Of a stretch of 64,000 nt of DNA, positions 1 through 9,561 are shown in pieces; position 1 is the stretch's first letter, and each line of letters starts with the position of its first letter. Origin of the DNA: Bacteroidota bacterium (GTDB taxonomy: Bacteria > Bacteroidota > Bacteroidia > Chitinophagales > Chitinophagaceae); contig CANKWR010000005.1 of assembly GCA_947487525.1 (NCBI GenBank), forward strand, positions 3,958 through 67,957, read 5' to 3'. The notes beneath the pieces are model-generated. The model ran no database searches and had not been told where the DNA came from. It worked only from the letters and a program-made list of their open reading frames with translations. The position numbers and the translations under genes were made by a program.

Positions 1-1321
1 AGCAGTGATTGTTAATGACTTTTTTATTTTATCCAATAGTGGAACCAAGCAATTTAATTCTCGCGCGTCTATTTCATTGAATGAAGCCAATCAAGTATGG
101 TTTAAAGATGTGAATGATGCAATTGAAGAGAATACCAATAACCCGCATTTTGATGTGAATGAATGGGTGCGTAATACAGCTACTGAAATAAAAAGTAAAG
201 GAGCAGTTGCTTTGTTTTTACACAATAGTGGCACCGTTGTCGACAACATACAATTTAACAAATACGACAGTTCAAAAAGCTTGGATTTGCCTGTTGTTTA
301 TTTTACAAAAGAAGGGTATACAAAACTATTTAGCGATCAATTAGGCACTTATGCTATTGAAGCCAATATTCAATTTGAACATCCAAAACGCACTGCGCAC
401 AATGTAGTTGGTTTTATTGATAACAAGGCTGAAAATACCGTCATCATTGGCGCGCACCTCGATCACCTAGGATACAATGAGGATAAAAATGGCTTGGATT
501 TAAATAATAATATCCATAATGGTGCTGACGATAATGCCAGTGGTACTGCTGCCTTGATTGAATTAGCAAAGTCTTTATTGAATAAGGCGCCAAAGAAAAA
601 TAATTATTTAATCATACACTTTTCAGGAGAGGAATTGGGTTTGTTGGGAAGCAAATATTGGTTAGAACATCCAACTTACAAAGGCAACTTTAACTATATG
701 ATTAATATGGATATGGTGGGAAGATATGACACTGTGCGCAAGCTAACCATTGGCGGGTATGGCACTTCAAGTAAGTGGGCTGAAATTTTAGCAAAAACAC
801 CTACCACTTTAATAACACACTATGATAGTGCGGGTACTGGCCCAAGCGATCATGCAAGTTTTTATCGCAAGGACATGCCTGTTTTATTTATGTTTACAGG
901 CAGTCATTCAGATTACCATAAAGCAAGCGATGATTGGGATAAAATTAATTATGTAGGGGAGAACGAAGTGGTTCGTTTAGTACAAAACATCATTAAGACC
1001 ACCGACAGTTATGGCAAATTGGATTTTTTAAAAACCCGTGAACAAAGTATGGGCAAGAGCACTAAGTTTACCGTGAGTTTAGGTGTAATGCCTGATTATG
1101 CATTTACGGGCACTGGTGTGCGTATTGAGGGTACTAGCCAAGGTAAATTAGGGGAAAAATTGGGATTGAAATCTGCTGATGTTTTATTGCAATTGGGCGA
1201 TTATAAATTAATTGATGTAATGAGCTATATGCAAGCATTGGGTAAGTTTAAGAAAGGAGATAAAACTGTTTTAGTGGTAAAGAGAGGCGCAGAAGAATTG
1301 AAGTATGCTATTCAATTTTAA
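1..1321 (+). CDS. M28 family Zn-aminopeptidase with C-terminal PDZ domain (5' end probably outside window)
   Basis: GAHLDHLG, GADDNASG, FSGEELGLLGS, NMDMVGR, SDH, YHKASD motifs; C-terminal LGVMPD...GVRI PDZ-like region. Confidence 0.9.
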   Translation, partial: AVIVNDFFILSNSGTKQFNSRASISLNEANQVWFKDVNDAIEENTNNPHFDVNEWVRNTATEIKSKGAVALFLHNSGTVVDNIQFNKYDSSKSLDLPVVYFTKEGYTKLFSDQLGTYAIEANIQFEHPKRTAHNVVGFIDNKAENTVIIGAHLDHLGYNEDKNGLDLNNNIHNGADDNASGTAALIELAKSLLNKAPKKNNYLIIHFSGEELGLLGSKYWLEHPTYKGNFNYMINMDMVGRYDTVRKLTIGGYGTSSKWAEILAKTPTTLITHYDSAGTGPSDHASFYRKDMPVLFMFTGSHSDYHKASDDWDKINYVGENEVVRLVQNIIKTTDSYGKLDFLKTREQSMGKSTKFTVSLGVMPDYAFTGTGVRIEGTSQGKLGEKLGLKSADVLLQLGDYKLIDVMSYMQALGKFKKGDKTVLVVKRGAEELKYAIQF

Positions 1322-1359
1322 TCATAAAATACTTAAATTCACTAGAAAGTAGCAGGTCA

Positions 1360-1803
1360 ATGAGTGCAAAAATTATTTTAGATCAAGATGAAATAAATGA
1401 ACATGATTTTGAAGGGACTAGAATTCTTGGAATTACAGCCCCCATCAAAAATTTTCAGTTTTGTATTTTGCTCAATCAATACATGGGTTTTAAGTTTCGC
1501 CTTAATCCAGATCATGAAATTGCATTGAGAAGAAAAAATAGGACCTATTATTTTTCTATGTATGAGGCGGACGAACCCAATACCACCATTCAACATTTTG
1601 TATACCACAATCAATACGACGGTGAATATTTACTACCCGAATTAAAGCATATGGACTTTATTTGGTGGATTCGTGGAGACTGGGTTGAGGATGAAAAAGT
1701 CAAAGAAATTTCTCAAACCATACGAGACATCAAAGGCGTACAATTGGTAGTGGAGTTGACACCTGAGCAAATCAAAAATAAGGGGAACCTCATTTTTGAG
1801 TAA
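1360..1803 (+). CDS. Bacteroidota conserved hypothetical protein (IPExxxVDY-like family)
   Basis: YLLPELKHMDF motif in a 147-aa ORF. Confidence 0.65.
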   Translation: MSAKIILDQDEINEHDFEGTRILGITAPIKNFQFCILLNQYMGFKFRLNPDHEIALRRKNRTYYFSMYEADEPNTTIQHFVYHNQYDGEYLLPELKHMDFIWWIRGDWVEDEKVKEISQTIRDIKGVQLVVELTPEQIKNKGNLIFE

Positions 1804-1824
1804 TTGATTTCCTCCTTTATTCGC

Positions 1825-2877
1825 TTAAGCGTTGATGATTATTTTTTTATTAGATGCTGCTTCACAAACTCCAATAGGCTCAGTATATACAATACCTGCT
1901 GCTTTCAATACTTCCAGCACTTCGCTTACACTATTGGGAGAAACTGCAATTAATAATCCACCATTGGTTTGAGGGTCAGGTAAAATTAAACTCGCTTCCT
2001 GTTCATTGATACTTGCATCAAGCTGAATGCCTTCGACACTTGCATTCCAATTTCTTGCAGTGGCACCAGGGATTGCTTTTTGTGCAATATAGTTGCGCAC
2101 TTCAGGGATGATGGGAATTTTTGAATAAGCTAATTTTGCAGTTAAATTACTTCCTGTCATCATTTCGGTTAAATGCCCTGCTAAACCAAATCCAGTTACA
2201 TCGGTCATGGCATGTACCCCTTTTATTTTTCCCAAGGCTTCACCTACTTTATTAATCGTGGTCAATTGCTTCACTAGTAAAGACAAATCTGACTCAGTTA
2301 ACAATGCTCTTTTTTGTGCGGTAGCCATGATACCAACGCCTAAAGGTTTTGTGATAAATAAAAGATCCCCTTCCTGTGCCGTATCATTTTGTTTTAAATT
2401 TTCAATAGCGACCAATCCATTTACGACCAAACCAAAAATGGGATCCTGACTATCAATACTATGTCCGCCTGCAATTACAATGCCTGCATCACTACAGGTT
2501 TTGCGTGCTCCTTCCATTACCTGGGCTGCAACACTCGCAGGAAGGGTAGCCAATGGCCATCCTAAAACAGCGAGTGCGAAAATAGGTTTACCCCCCATTG
2601 CATATACATCACTAATGGCATTGGCTGCAGCTATTTGTCCAAAGGAAAATGCATCATCCACAATAGGCATGAAAAAATCGGTGGTACTAATCATTGCCGT
2701 TTTTTCATCTATCTGATACACTGCTGCATCGTCTCTGCTATCATTGCCTACAAGTAATTGAGGAATTTTATTTTTTGCTCCCACATTATGGGCTGCTAAA
2801 ATTTCTGAAAGGATGGCGGGCGATATTTTACATCCACACCCTCCGCCTTTACTATGTTGTGTTAATTTTATTTCCAT
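1825..2877 (-). CDS. selD: Selenide, water dikinase (selenophosphate synthetase), Cys-type
   Basis: LTQHSKGGGCGCKI, DDAAVY, TTDFFMP, GGHSI, DVTGFGL, DPQTNGGLL; start moved to ATG 2877, 1 nt past the birA stop. Confidence 0.95.
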   Translation of the reverse strand: MEIKLTQHSKGGGCGCKISPAILSEILAAHNVGAKNKIPQLLVGNDSRDDAAVYQIDEKTAMISTTDFFMPIVDDAFSFGQIAAANAISDVYAMGGKPIFALAVLGWPLATLPASVAAQVMEGARKTCSDAGIVIAGGHSIDSQDPIFGLVVNGLVAIENLKQNDTAQEGDLLFITKPLGVGIMATAQKRALLTESDLSLLVKQLTTINKVGEALGKIKGVHAMTDVTGFGLAGHLTEMMTGSNLTAKLAYSKIPIIPEVRNYIAQKAIPGATARNWNASVEGIQLDASINEQEASLILPDPQTNGGLLIAVSPNSVSEVLEVLKAAGIVYTEPIGVCEAASNKKIIINA

Positions 2878-2878
2878 A

Positions 2879-3667
2879 TTATATTTCCCATTGAAGGTCA
2901 CCAAAATTATAGGTTTGTGCTGTTCCTTGTTCAATTATTATTTGCCCTTTTTCGTTGACTCCCATCACTTTGCCTGATATGTCCATCCCCTTTGCTTTAA
3001 AATTAACCAATGCGCCTTTTTTGAATAACCGTTGATTGTATTCCATGAGTAGGCCATCAACACCTTTGTGCATCCATTCGTTTACGCGAATGGTTAAAGC
3101 TTTTGATAATGTTGAAACTAGTATGGGAATATCCCATTCCTTACCCGTGATTTGCCTTAAGGAAACAGGCCTTCCAAGCTCGGAGGAGAATTCAGTTTGA
3201 TTTATATTAATACCGATACCAATAATGGACCATGCCCATGTATTGCCGCGCACCGTATTTTCAATCAGGATGCCCCCTGCCTTTCTGTCACGCCAGTACA
3301 AGTCGTTTGGCCATTTTATGCTCGTTTCCTCACCGGCCAAACTTTGATAAAAATCACTTACACCGAGTGAAACGGCAAAAGAAAGCCCAATTTGATGCTC
3401 CGGAGTCCATAATTTAACATTATCATTGGTTTTTTGAAGATCAGCGAGGCTTAGAACATAAGAACATAGCAAATTCTTCCCCTTTTCACTGTCCCAAACC
3501 CTGCCCAGTTGGCCTTTTCCATGTGTTTGAAAATCAGTTCGATAGCAACTGCCAGACACCGCCATTTGTTGTTGAATTTGGCTTATGGCATAAATATTGG
3601 TACTATCTATGCTAGACAGTTCTATAAGCGGCTCCCCTAATCTGATAATTGGCGTGGCAGGTGACAA
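2879..3667 (-). CDS. birA: Biotin--[acetyl-CoA-carboxylase] ligase (no N-terminal HTH)
   Basis: DSTN, QTHGKGQLGRVW, IKWPND, KAGGILIEN, GIGININ. Confidence 0.93.
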   Translation of the reverse strand: MSPATPIIRLGEPLIELSSIDSTNIYAISQIQQQMAVSGSCYRTDFQTHGKGQLGRVWDSEKGKNLLCSYVLSLADLQKTNDNVKLWTPEHQIGLSFAVSLGVSDFYQSLAGEETSIKWPNDLYWRDRKAGGILIENTVRGNTWAWSIIGIGININQTEFSSELGRPVSLRQITGKEWDIPILVSTLSKALTIRVNEWMHKGVDGLLMEYNQRLFKKGALVNFKAKGMDISGKVMGVNEKGQIIIEQGTAQTYNFGDLQWEI

Positions 3668-3771
3668 AGAATTGTTATTTTTGTAAAGTTAGTTAGATTC
3701 GTGGTAGTCTCACAAAATCTGGGGCAAAATGATTTGACTAGCAAGGCATTAACAATTAAAAATTAGTATTA

Positions 3772-4173
3772 TTGGAACCTCTTTCCGCATTAAAAGATCG
3801 TAAAAAATCTTCCACGCAACTTACTCGTAGTAGTAAAATATTTAAAACCATTATCGCTGCTATACAGGATAAAAAAGGTGAAAACATCCTTAGTCTTGAT
3901 CTTAAAAAAATACATGAGGCCGCTGCTGATTTTTTTATTATCTGCGAAGCAAATAATACGACTCAATTAAAAGCAATTGCTGATCATATTGAGTATGAAG
4001 TAAAACATAATTGTGGTGAACTCCCTTATAAAAGTGAGGGTAAATCCGCAGCGCAATGGTTGTTGATTGATTATATCAATGTAGTGGTGCATGTGATGCA
4101 TCCTGAATCAAGAAAATTTTATCAACTTGAAGAAATGTGGAGTGATGCAGATACTAAAATGCATGATTTATAA
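3772..4173 (+). CDS. rsfS: Ribosome silencing factor
   Basis: DKKGENI, DFFIIC, WLLIDYINVVVHVM, RKFYQLEEMWSD. Confidence 0.93.
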   Translation: MEPLSALKDRKKSSTQLTRSSKIFKTIIAAIQDKKGENILSLDLKKIHEAAADFFIICEANNTTQLKAIADHIEYEVKHNCGELPYKSEGKSAAQWLLIDYINVVVHVMHPESRKFYQLEEMWSDADTKMHDL

Positions 4174-4230
4174 AACTAATTTCCTGCTTCTGTGTTATAG
4201 TATACAATTGAAAAGATATAAATAGTAATA

Positions 4231-6369
4231 ATGATACCTGAGAACAATAAATCAAATAAAAAAGGAGGCCCAATGGGCGGAGGTCCTAAATTGCCTAAAT
4301 TCAATATCTATTGGGTTTACGGTATTTTGGCATTGACCATCTTATTGGCACCTAGATTATTTCAATTATCACCTGATACCAGTGTTATTTCACACAATGA
4401 GTTTGTGAAATTAATGTCCAGTGGTGATATTGAAAAGTATGTTAAAGTAGAGAACACCAAAGTGGTTCGTATTTACATTAAAGGGGATAGTATCCAAAAG
4501 TCATTTTATAACAGTAAGTTCCCTACCAATTACACCGCTGAACAAAAAAAGGCAAAAGTAAAAGGCAATTATTTATTTGAGTATAAGGTAGACGATTGGG
4601 CTTCTTTTAATAAAGAAGTGAATGATATTTATGCAAAGTATGCCATTACGAATATTCCAGACAGCAACACTGATTCTGAAAATGATTTATTCAGTCGTAT
4701 TTTAAGTGGCATTTTTCCATTCTTACTTTTAATAGTAGTATGGATTTTGTTAATGCGTAAAATGGGCGGCGGCAGTGGTGGTAGCGGCGGACCCGGAGGC
4801 ATTTTCAATGTTGGAAAATCAAAAGCTACTTTGTTTGAAAAAGGAGGCACGAAAGTTAATATCACTTTTGCGGATGTAGCCGGATTAGAAGAAGCAAAAG
4901 AGGAAGTAATGGAGATTGTTGACTTCTTAAAAAATCCCAAAAAATATACAAATCTGGGAGGTAAAATTCCAAAGGGGGCATTGTTAATTGGCCCTCCAGG
5001 TACCGGTAAAACCTTATTGGCAAAAGCCATGGCGGGTGAAGCGCAGGTTCCTTTTTTTAGTTTAAGTGGTTCTGATTTCGTTGAAATGTTTGTGGGTGTG
5101 GGAGCAAGTCGTGTACGTGATTTATTTAAGCAAGCAAGAGAAAAAGCGCCTTGTATTATTTTTATAGATGAGATTGACGCCATTGGCCGTGCACGTGGTA
5201 AAAATGCCATGATGAGCAATGACGAGCGTGAAAATACATTGAACCAATTGTTGGTGGAGATGGATGGATTTGGTGGTGATACAGGAATTATTATATTGGC
5301 CGCAACCAATCGTCCCGATGTATTAGACAGTGCCTTATTAAGACCAGGTAGATTCGATCGTCAAATTTCTATTGATCGTCCGGATGTGAAAGGTCGTCAA
5401 GAAATATTTAAAGTGCATTTAGGACCAATTAAAGTTTCTGAAAGTTTAGACATTTATAAATTAGCTGAACAAACTCCAGGTTTTGCAGGAGCTGATATCG
5501 CGAATGTTTGTAACGAAGCTGCTTTAATTGCTGCAAGAAAAGGGAAGACGGGCGTAGAGATGCAGGACTTCCAAGATGCAATTGATAGAGTGATTGGAGG
5601 ATTAGAGAAAAAGAATAAAATTATTTCTCCAAATGAAAAAGAAGTAATTGCTTACCATGAAGCAGGTCATGCTGTTTGTGGTTGGTTCTTAGAACATGCG
5701 TATCCTTTATTAAAAGTAACCATTGTGCCTAGAGGTACGGCTGCATTGGGCTATGCCCAATACACGCCCAAGGAACAGTACTTATATACCATTGAGCAAT
5801 TAACGGATCAAATGTGTATGACTTTAGGTGGTAGAGCAGCGGAACAAATTTTCTTTGGCAAGATTTCAACTGGCGCTTCCAATGACTTACAGCAAATTTC
5901 CAAAATGGCTTACTCAATGGTAACTACTTACGGAATGAATGATAAAATTGGTAACGTAAGTTTTTATGATCCTTCACAAGAAAATACTTTTCAAAAACCT
6001 TTCAGTGAGGAAACCGGAAAAATTATTGATGAGGAAGTAAGAAAAATGATTGCAGAAGCATACCAAAGGACTTTGCATTTATTGACAGAGCGTAAGGAAG
6101 AGGTAGAAAAATTAGCAAAAGCATTATTGGACAAGGAAGTGTTGCATAAAAGTGATGTGGAAGTATTGATTGGAAAACGCCCATTTGAAGCAGAAAAAAA
6201 TGGCCATGTTCATGAAACTTTTGCACCCACTGAAACAACGGTAGAAGGCCCAACGGATGCTGTTGCAAGTGAAAATGCCACAGCTGCAAATGAGGTTGCA
6301 AATGAGGATACAATTGATCATGCAAATGCGACAATAAATGCTGCAGATGCTTCAGGCAATAATGAATAA
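4231..6369 (+). CDS. ftsH: ATP-dependent zinc metalloprotease FtsH
   Basis: Two TM segments, [30 protein letters not shown]. Confidence 0.98.
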   Translation: MIPENNKSNKKGGPMGGGPKLPKFNIYWVYGILALTILLAPRLFQLSPDTSVISHNEFVKLMSSGDIEKYVKVENTKVVRIYIKGDSIQKSFYNSKFPTNYTAEQKKAKVKGNYLFEYKVDDWASFNKEVNDIYAKYAITNIPDSNTDSENDLFSRILSGIFPFLLLIVVWILLMRKMGGGSGGSGGPGGIFNVGKSKATLFEKGGTKVNITFADVAGLEEAKEEVMEIVDFLKNPKKYTNLGGKIPKGALLIGPPGTGKTLLAKAMAGEAQVPFFSLSGSDFVEMFVGVGASRVRDLFKQAREKAPCIIFIDEIDAIGRARGKNAMMSNDERENTLNQLLVEMDGFGGDTGIIILAATNRPDVLDSALLRPGRFDRQISIDRPDVKGRQEIFKVHLGPIKVSESLDIYKLAEQTPGFAGADIANVCNEAALIAARKGKTGVEMQDFQDAIDRVIGGLEKKNKIISPNEKEVIAYHEAGHAVCGWFLEHAYPLLKVTIVPRGTAALGYAQYTPKEQYLYTIEQLTDQMCMTLGGRAAEQIFFGKISTGASNDLQQISKMAYSMVTTYGMNDKIGNVSFYDPSQENTFQKPFSEETGKIIDEEVRKMIAEAYQRTLHLLTERKEEVEKLAKALLDKEVLHKSDVEVLIGKRPFEAEKNGHVHETFAPTETTVEGPTDAVASENATAANEVANEDTIDHANATINAADASGNNE

Positions 6370-6376
6370 TTTTTAA

Positions 6377-7018
6377 ATGGAATCTCAGGGAGCGCGCAAT
6401 AAAATATTAAAAAAAATTAAGCAGGCATTAAAGACGCCTGTGACGGTGCCATTTCCTGAGCAGGTTGCTGACACCCCTATTTTTATTCCTACTGAACAAG
6501 AGCTTGCAATTAGTTTTGCCCAAAAATTCACAGAACTTTTGGGCAAATTTGTTTATTGTGCTGACGAATCCGAGTTGGTAGATCAGCTTAAATCATTGAT
6601 TCATACTAAAAAATGGGAAAAAGTGTACTCTACAGAATCTGGATGGTTGGATGATATGAGTGAGTATCAATTTGATCCAGTGAATACAGACGATTTAGCC
6701 AATTGTGATGTATCCATTACTTTATGCGAACACTTGGTGGCCAGGACGGGCACCATTGTATTAAGTAGTCAGCAATTAAGTGGAAGGGCTTCGAGTGTAT
6801 ATGCACCCATTCATATTTGTATTGCCTACACACATCAATTGGTGTATGACCTTGCTGATAGTTTGGTACAATTTAAAAAAGAGTCGGAATTTATGCCTTC
6901 CATGATTAGTTATGCAACTGGCCCAAGCCGAACAGCAGATATTGAAAAAACATTGGTGGTAGGGGTGCATGGGCCCAAGGAAGTGTATTGTTTTTTAGTA
7001 GATAAATTGACTGATTAG
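6377..7018 (+). CDS. LUD domain protein (LutC/YkgG family)
   Basis: TGPSRTADIEKTLVVGVHGP. Confidence 0.88.
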   Translation: MESQGARNKILKKIKQALKTPVTVPFPEQVADTPIFIPTEQELAISFAQKFTELLGKFVYCADESELVDQLKSLIHTKKWEKVYSTESGWLDDMSEYQFDPVNTDDLANCDVSITLCEHLVARTGTIVLSSQQLSGRASSVYAPIHICIAYTHQLVYDLADSLVQFKKESEFMPSMISYATGPSRTADIEKTLVVGVHGPKEVYCFLVDKLTD

Positions 7019-7042
7019 AATTATATATTAAACACGTTATTC

Positions 7043-7801
7043 ATGGAATTAACTCCAGGTAAAAAAATTTATTTCTTGTCCGACTTTCATTTGGGAGCAC
7101 CAAATGAATTGGAAAGTAGAAAGCGTGAGGATAGATTGGTTCAATTTTTGCAGCATGCAAAAAAGGATGCGGCCGCCTTTTTTATTGTAGGAGATATTTT
7201 TGATTTCTGGTTTGAATACAAAACTGTTGTGCCAAAGGGCTTTGTGCGTATTTTAGGTTGCTTGGCGCAAATAAGTGATGCAGGCATCCCCTTGCATATA
7301 TTTACAGGCAATCATGATTTATGGATGCAGGATTATTTAGCAAAAGAATTAAACGCCAAAGTATATTTTGAGCCACAAACATTCACTTTGGGCAAGAAAC
7401 AATTTTTAATTGGCCATGGGGATGGATTAGGGCCGGGCGACTATGGGTATAAGCGTTTAAAAAAAGTATTTACCAATCCAGTTTGTCAGTGGCTTTTTAG
7501 ATGGCTACATCCTGACACTGGTATCAAGCTTGCCAATTATTTTAGTGCAAAAAGTAGGGCCAAAACAGGCAGTACCGATGAAGTATTTTTAGGAGCCGAT
7601 AAGGAGTGGTTAATCATTTATTGTAAGGAGCAGGCGCAAAAAATGGATGTGGACTATTTTGTTTTTGGCCATCGACATTTTGCAATTGATTATGCAATTA
7701 ATGAACGCAGTCACTATATCAATTTAGGGGATTGGATTAAGCTAAACACCTATGGTGTATTTGACGGCGATACGATGCAATTATTAAAATGGGAATCCTA
7801 A
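7043..7801 (+). CDS. lpxH: UDP-2,3-diacylglucosamine diphosphatase (LpxH family metallophosphoesterase)
   Basis: SDFHLG, GDIFDFW, GNHD, HGDG, FGHRH, NLGDW. Confidence 0.85.
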   Translation: MELTPGKKIYFLSDFHLGAPNELESRKREDRLVQFLQHAKKDAAAFFIVGDIFDFWFEYKTVVPKGFVRILGCLAQISDAGIPLHIFTGNHDLWMQDYLAKELNAKVYFEPQTFTLGKKQFLIGHGDGLGPGDYGYKRLKKVFTNPVCQWLFRWLHPDTGIKLANYFSAKSRAKTGSTDEVFLGADKEWLIIYCKEQAQKMDVDYFVFGHRHFAIDYAINERSHYINLGDWIKLNTYGVFDGDTMQLLKWES

Positions 7802-7817
7802 TACAAATTATTAATTT

Positions 7818-8879
7818 ATGAATTTAGAGGATCAAATATTATCGAACCCAATTAAAAATTATTTAATTATTGCAGGTATTTTATTGACCCTTTTCATTAC
7901 CAAAAGATGGGTTGCTCGTTTTTTAGCAAGTTTAATATATACTTGGGTGGATCGAAAAAATCATTCTGAACTCAGAAAAACGCATGTGCATCGACTGGTG
8001 GTACCTATTGAGCAGTTTTTGATTTTTATCGTTGCCATTATTGCTTTGTATGAACTAAAGTACCCTGTTTCATGGAATATACACTTGTATAAAATTTCTA
8101 TGCAAGTGGCAATTGAGTCCACTATTAAGTTGATATTTATTATTTTATTTATTCGTGTTTGTTTAAGAACGCTTGAGTTTATTGCCATTATCATGGAGCA
8201 GAAAGCAAAGCTTTCAAAGGATTTGAATGATGATCAATTGATTTTATTTTTCAGGGATTTTTTTAAAGTGATTTTATACATCATTGGGTTATTGATGATT
8301 CTGCATTATGTATTTAATGAGAACATTGGTAATTTGGTCACCAGCTTAAGTATTGTAGGGGCTGCTATTGCTTTGTCAATGAAAGAAAGTTTGGAAAACA
8401 TTATTGCTTCTTTTATCATTTTTTTCGATAAGCCTTTTTCTGTGGGGGATATGGTAAAGGTGAATAATTTTAGCGGTACGATTGAAAAAATAGGCTTGAG
8501 AAGTACACGCATTCGTACAGAGACGAAAACTTATATCTCTGTTCCCAATAAACAAATGGTGGACAGTATTGTAGATAATATTAGTTTAAGAACTGAGCGA
8601 AAAATTGAAATGGATTTACAATTAAGTATTAAAACAACGGCAAGCTCCATGGCTGCCTATTGTCAATATTTAAAAACAACTATTGAGGGAATGGAAAATA
8701 TACAATCATCCTCGGTATTTGTATCAGAGTCGGGCAAACAATTTCATACCATCCATGTTGAGTGCTTGGTCCCCATACATATTGAGATGGCTGAATTTCA
8801 GTTGTTAAGAGAACAACTAAACCTTGCCGCAGTAAAGTTTGCGAATGAACACAATATTCTTTTCTCGGAAAATGGGTAA
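7818..8879 (+). CDS. MscS family mechanosensitive channel
   Basis: TM helices, DKPFSVGD, GTIEKIGLRSTRIRT, VPN. Confidence 0.92.
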   Translation: MNLEDQILSNPIKNYLIIAGILLTLFITKRWVARFLASLIYTWVDRKNHSELRKTHVHRLVVPIEQFLIFIVAIIALYELKYPVSWNIHLYKISMQVAIESTIKLIFIILFIRVCLRTLEFIAIIMEQKAKLSKDLNDDQLILFFRDFFKVILYIIGLLMILHYVFNENIGNLVTSLSIVGAAIALSMKESLENIIASFIIFFDKPFSVGDMVKVNNFSGTIEKIGLRSTRIRTETKTYISVPNKQMVDSIVDNISLRTERKIEMDLQLSIKTTASSMAAYCQYLKTTIEGMENIQSSSVFVSESGKQFHTIHVECLVPIHIEMAEFQLLREQLNLAAVKFANEHNILFSENG

Positions 8880-9476
8880 TTAAATACTGCTTTTTAAAGA
8901 AACTAAAAAGCTTTTGAGGTTTTTAAGACTATTCAGTAAGGCTAAGTCTTTCTCCGCTTTTTCCTTATTATTTTTCAAATAGGTTTTAGCACCATCAATA
9001 GAATATTTCTTTTCTCTTAATAAGTAAAAAATCTGTTTTAGAAATTCAATATCCTGTGCGCGGAATAATCTATCGCCTTTCCTTGTTTTGCGCGGCTGCA
9101 ATTGCTTAAACTCTTTTTCCCAATACCTAATTAAGGAGGTATTTACATTAAACCAAACAGCGACTTCTCCAATAGGATAGTACAATTTTTTTGCAAGTTC
9201 GTCAGCGGAAGGCACTTGTAATTTATCAATATCCCCTTCCATGGAAGCAAATGATTTCCTTCCTCTTTTATGGCTAGCATTATTTTTAGTAAAATGCATA
9301 GGGGCTCTTGAAACAGTAGGCATTTCGTCATTGGCAACCATATTTATTTCGTTGCTAGTAGCCACCAATTGTACCGGCTTTTTAGCCGCTTTTTTTTCAG
9401 TTTTTACCCTTTTGATATGGACTGGTGTTAAAGGGGCGTTTCCGAAAAGATCTAACTGTTGCAGTTCTTTTGCCAT
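8880..9476 (-). CDS. MerR-type HTH protein with long N-terminal extension
   Basis: KLYYPIGEVA...SLIRYWEKEF...PRKTRKGDRLF...YSIDGAK; first ~95 aa low complexity. Confidence 0.88.
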   Translation of the reverse strand: MAKELQQLDLFGNAPLTPVHIKRVKTEKKAAKKPVQLVATSNEINMVANDEMPTVSRAPMHFTKNNASHKRGRKSFASMEGDIDKLQVPSADELAKKLYYPIGEVAVWFNVNTSLIRYWEKEFKQLQPRKTRKGDRLFRAQDIEFLKQIFYLLREKKYSIDGAKTYLKNNKEKAEKDLALLNSLKNLKSFLVSLKSSI

Positions 9477-9480
9477 ATAA

Positions 9481-9488
9481 CAAAGTTA
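9481..9488 (-). promoter_or_regulatory. Bacteroidota -7 promoter box for the MerR-type gene
   Basis: Reverse complement reads TAACTTTG (TAnnTTTG), 4 nt upstream of the ATG. Confidence 0.6.
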
Positions 9489-9550
9489 GGGGAGTATTTA
9501 TTGTAAGCACACTATGTAAATGATTGGTGGATAAATTGTTAAGTATGACG

Positions 9551-9558
9551 TAATTTTG
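9551..9558 (+). promoter_or_regulatory. Bacteroidota -7 promoter box
   Basis: TAATTTTG just upstream of ATG 9562. Confidence 0.55.
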
Positions 9559-9561
9559 GGT

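Noticed and set aside
2878-2934. N-terminal extension of SelD in the ORF track
   Set aside because: Overlaps birA; homology begins at MEIKLTQ (ATG 2877)
4629-5309. 226-aa antisense ORF, and similar ones (30369-30863, 38096-38467, 57779-58177, 62615-63157)
   Set aside because: Reverse-frame shadows of conserved genes with no independent motifs
6200-6369. Low-complexity Ala/Asn/Glu tail of FtsH with GCAAATG echoes
   Set aside because: Variable disordered tails are common in FtsH; no regular repeat
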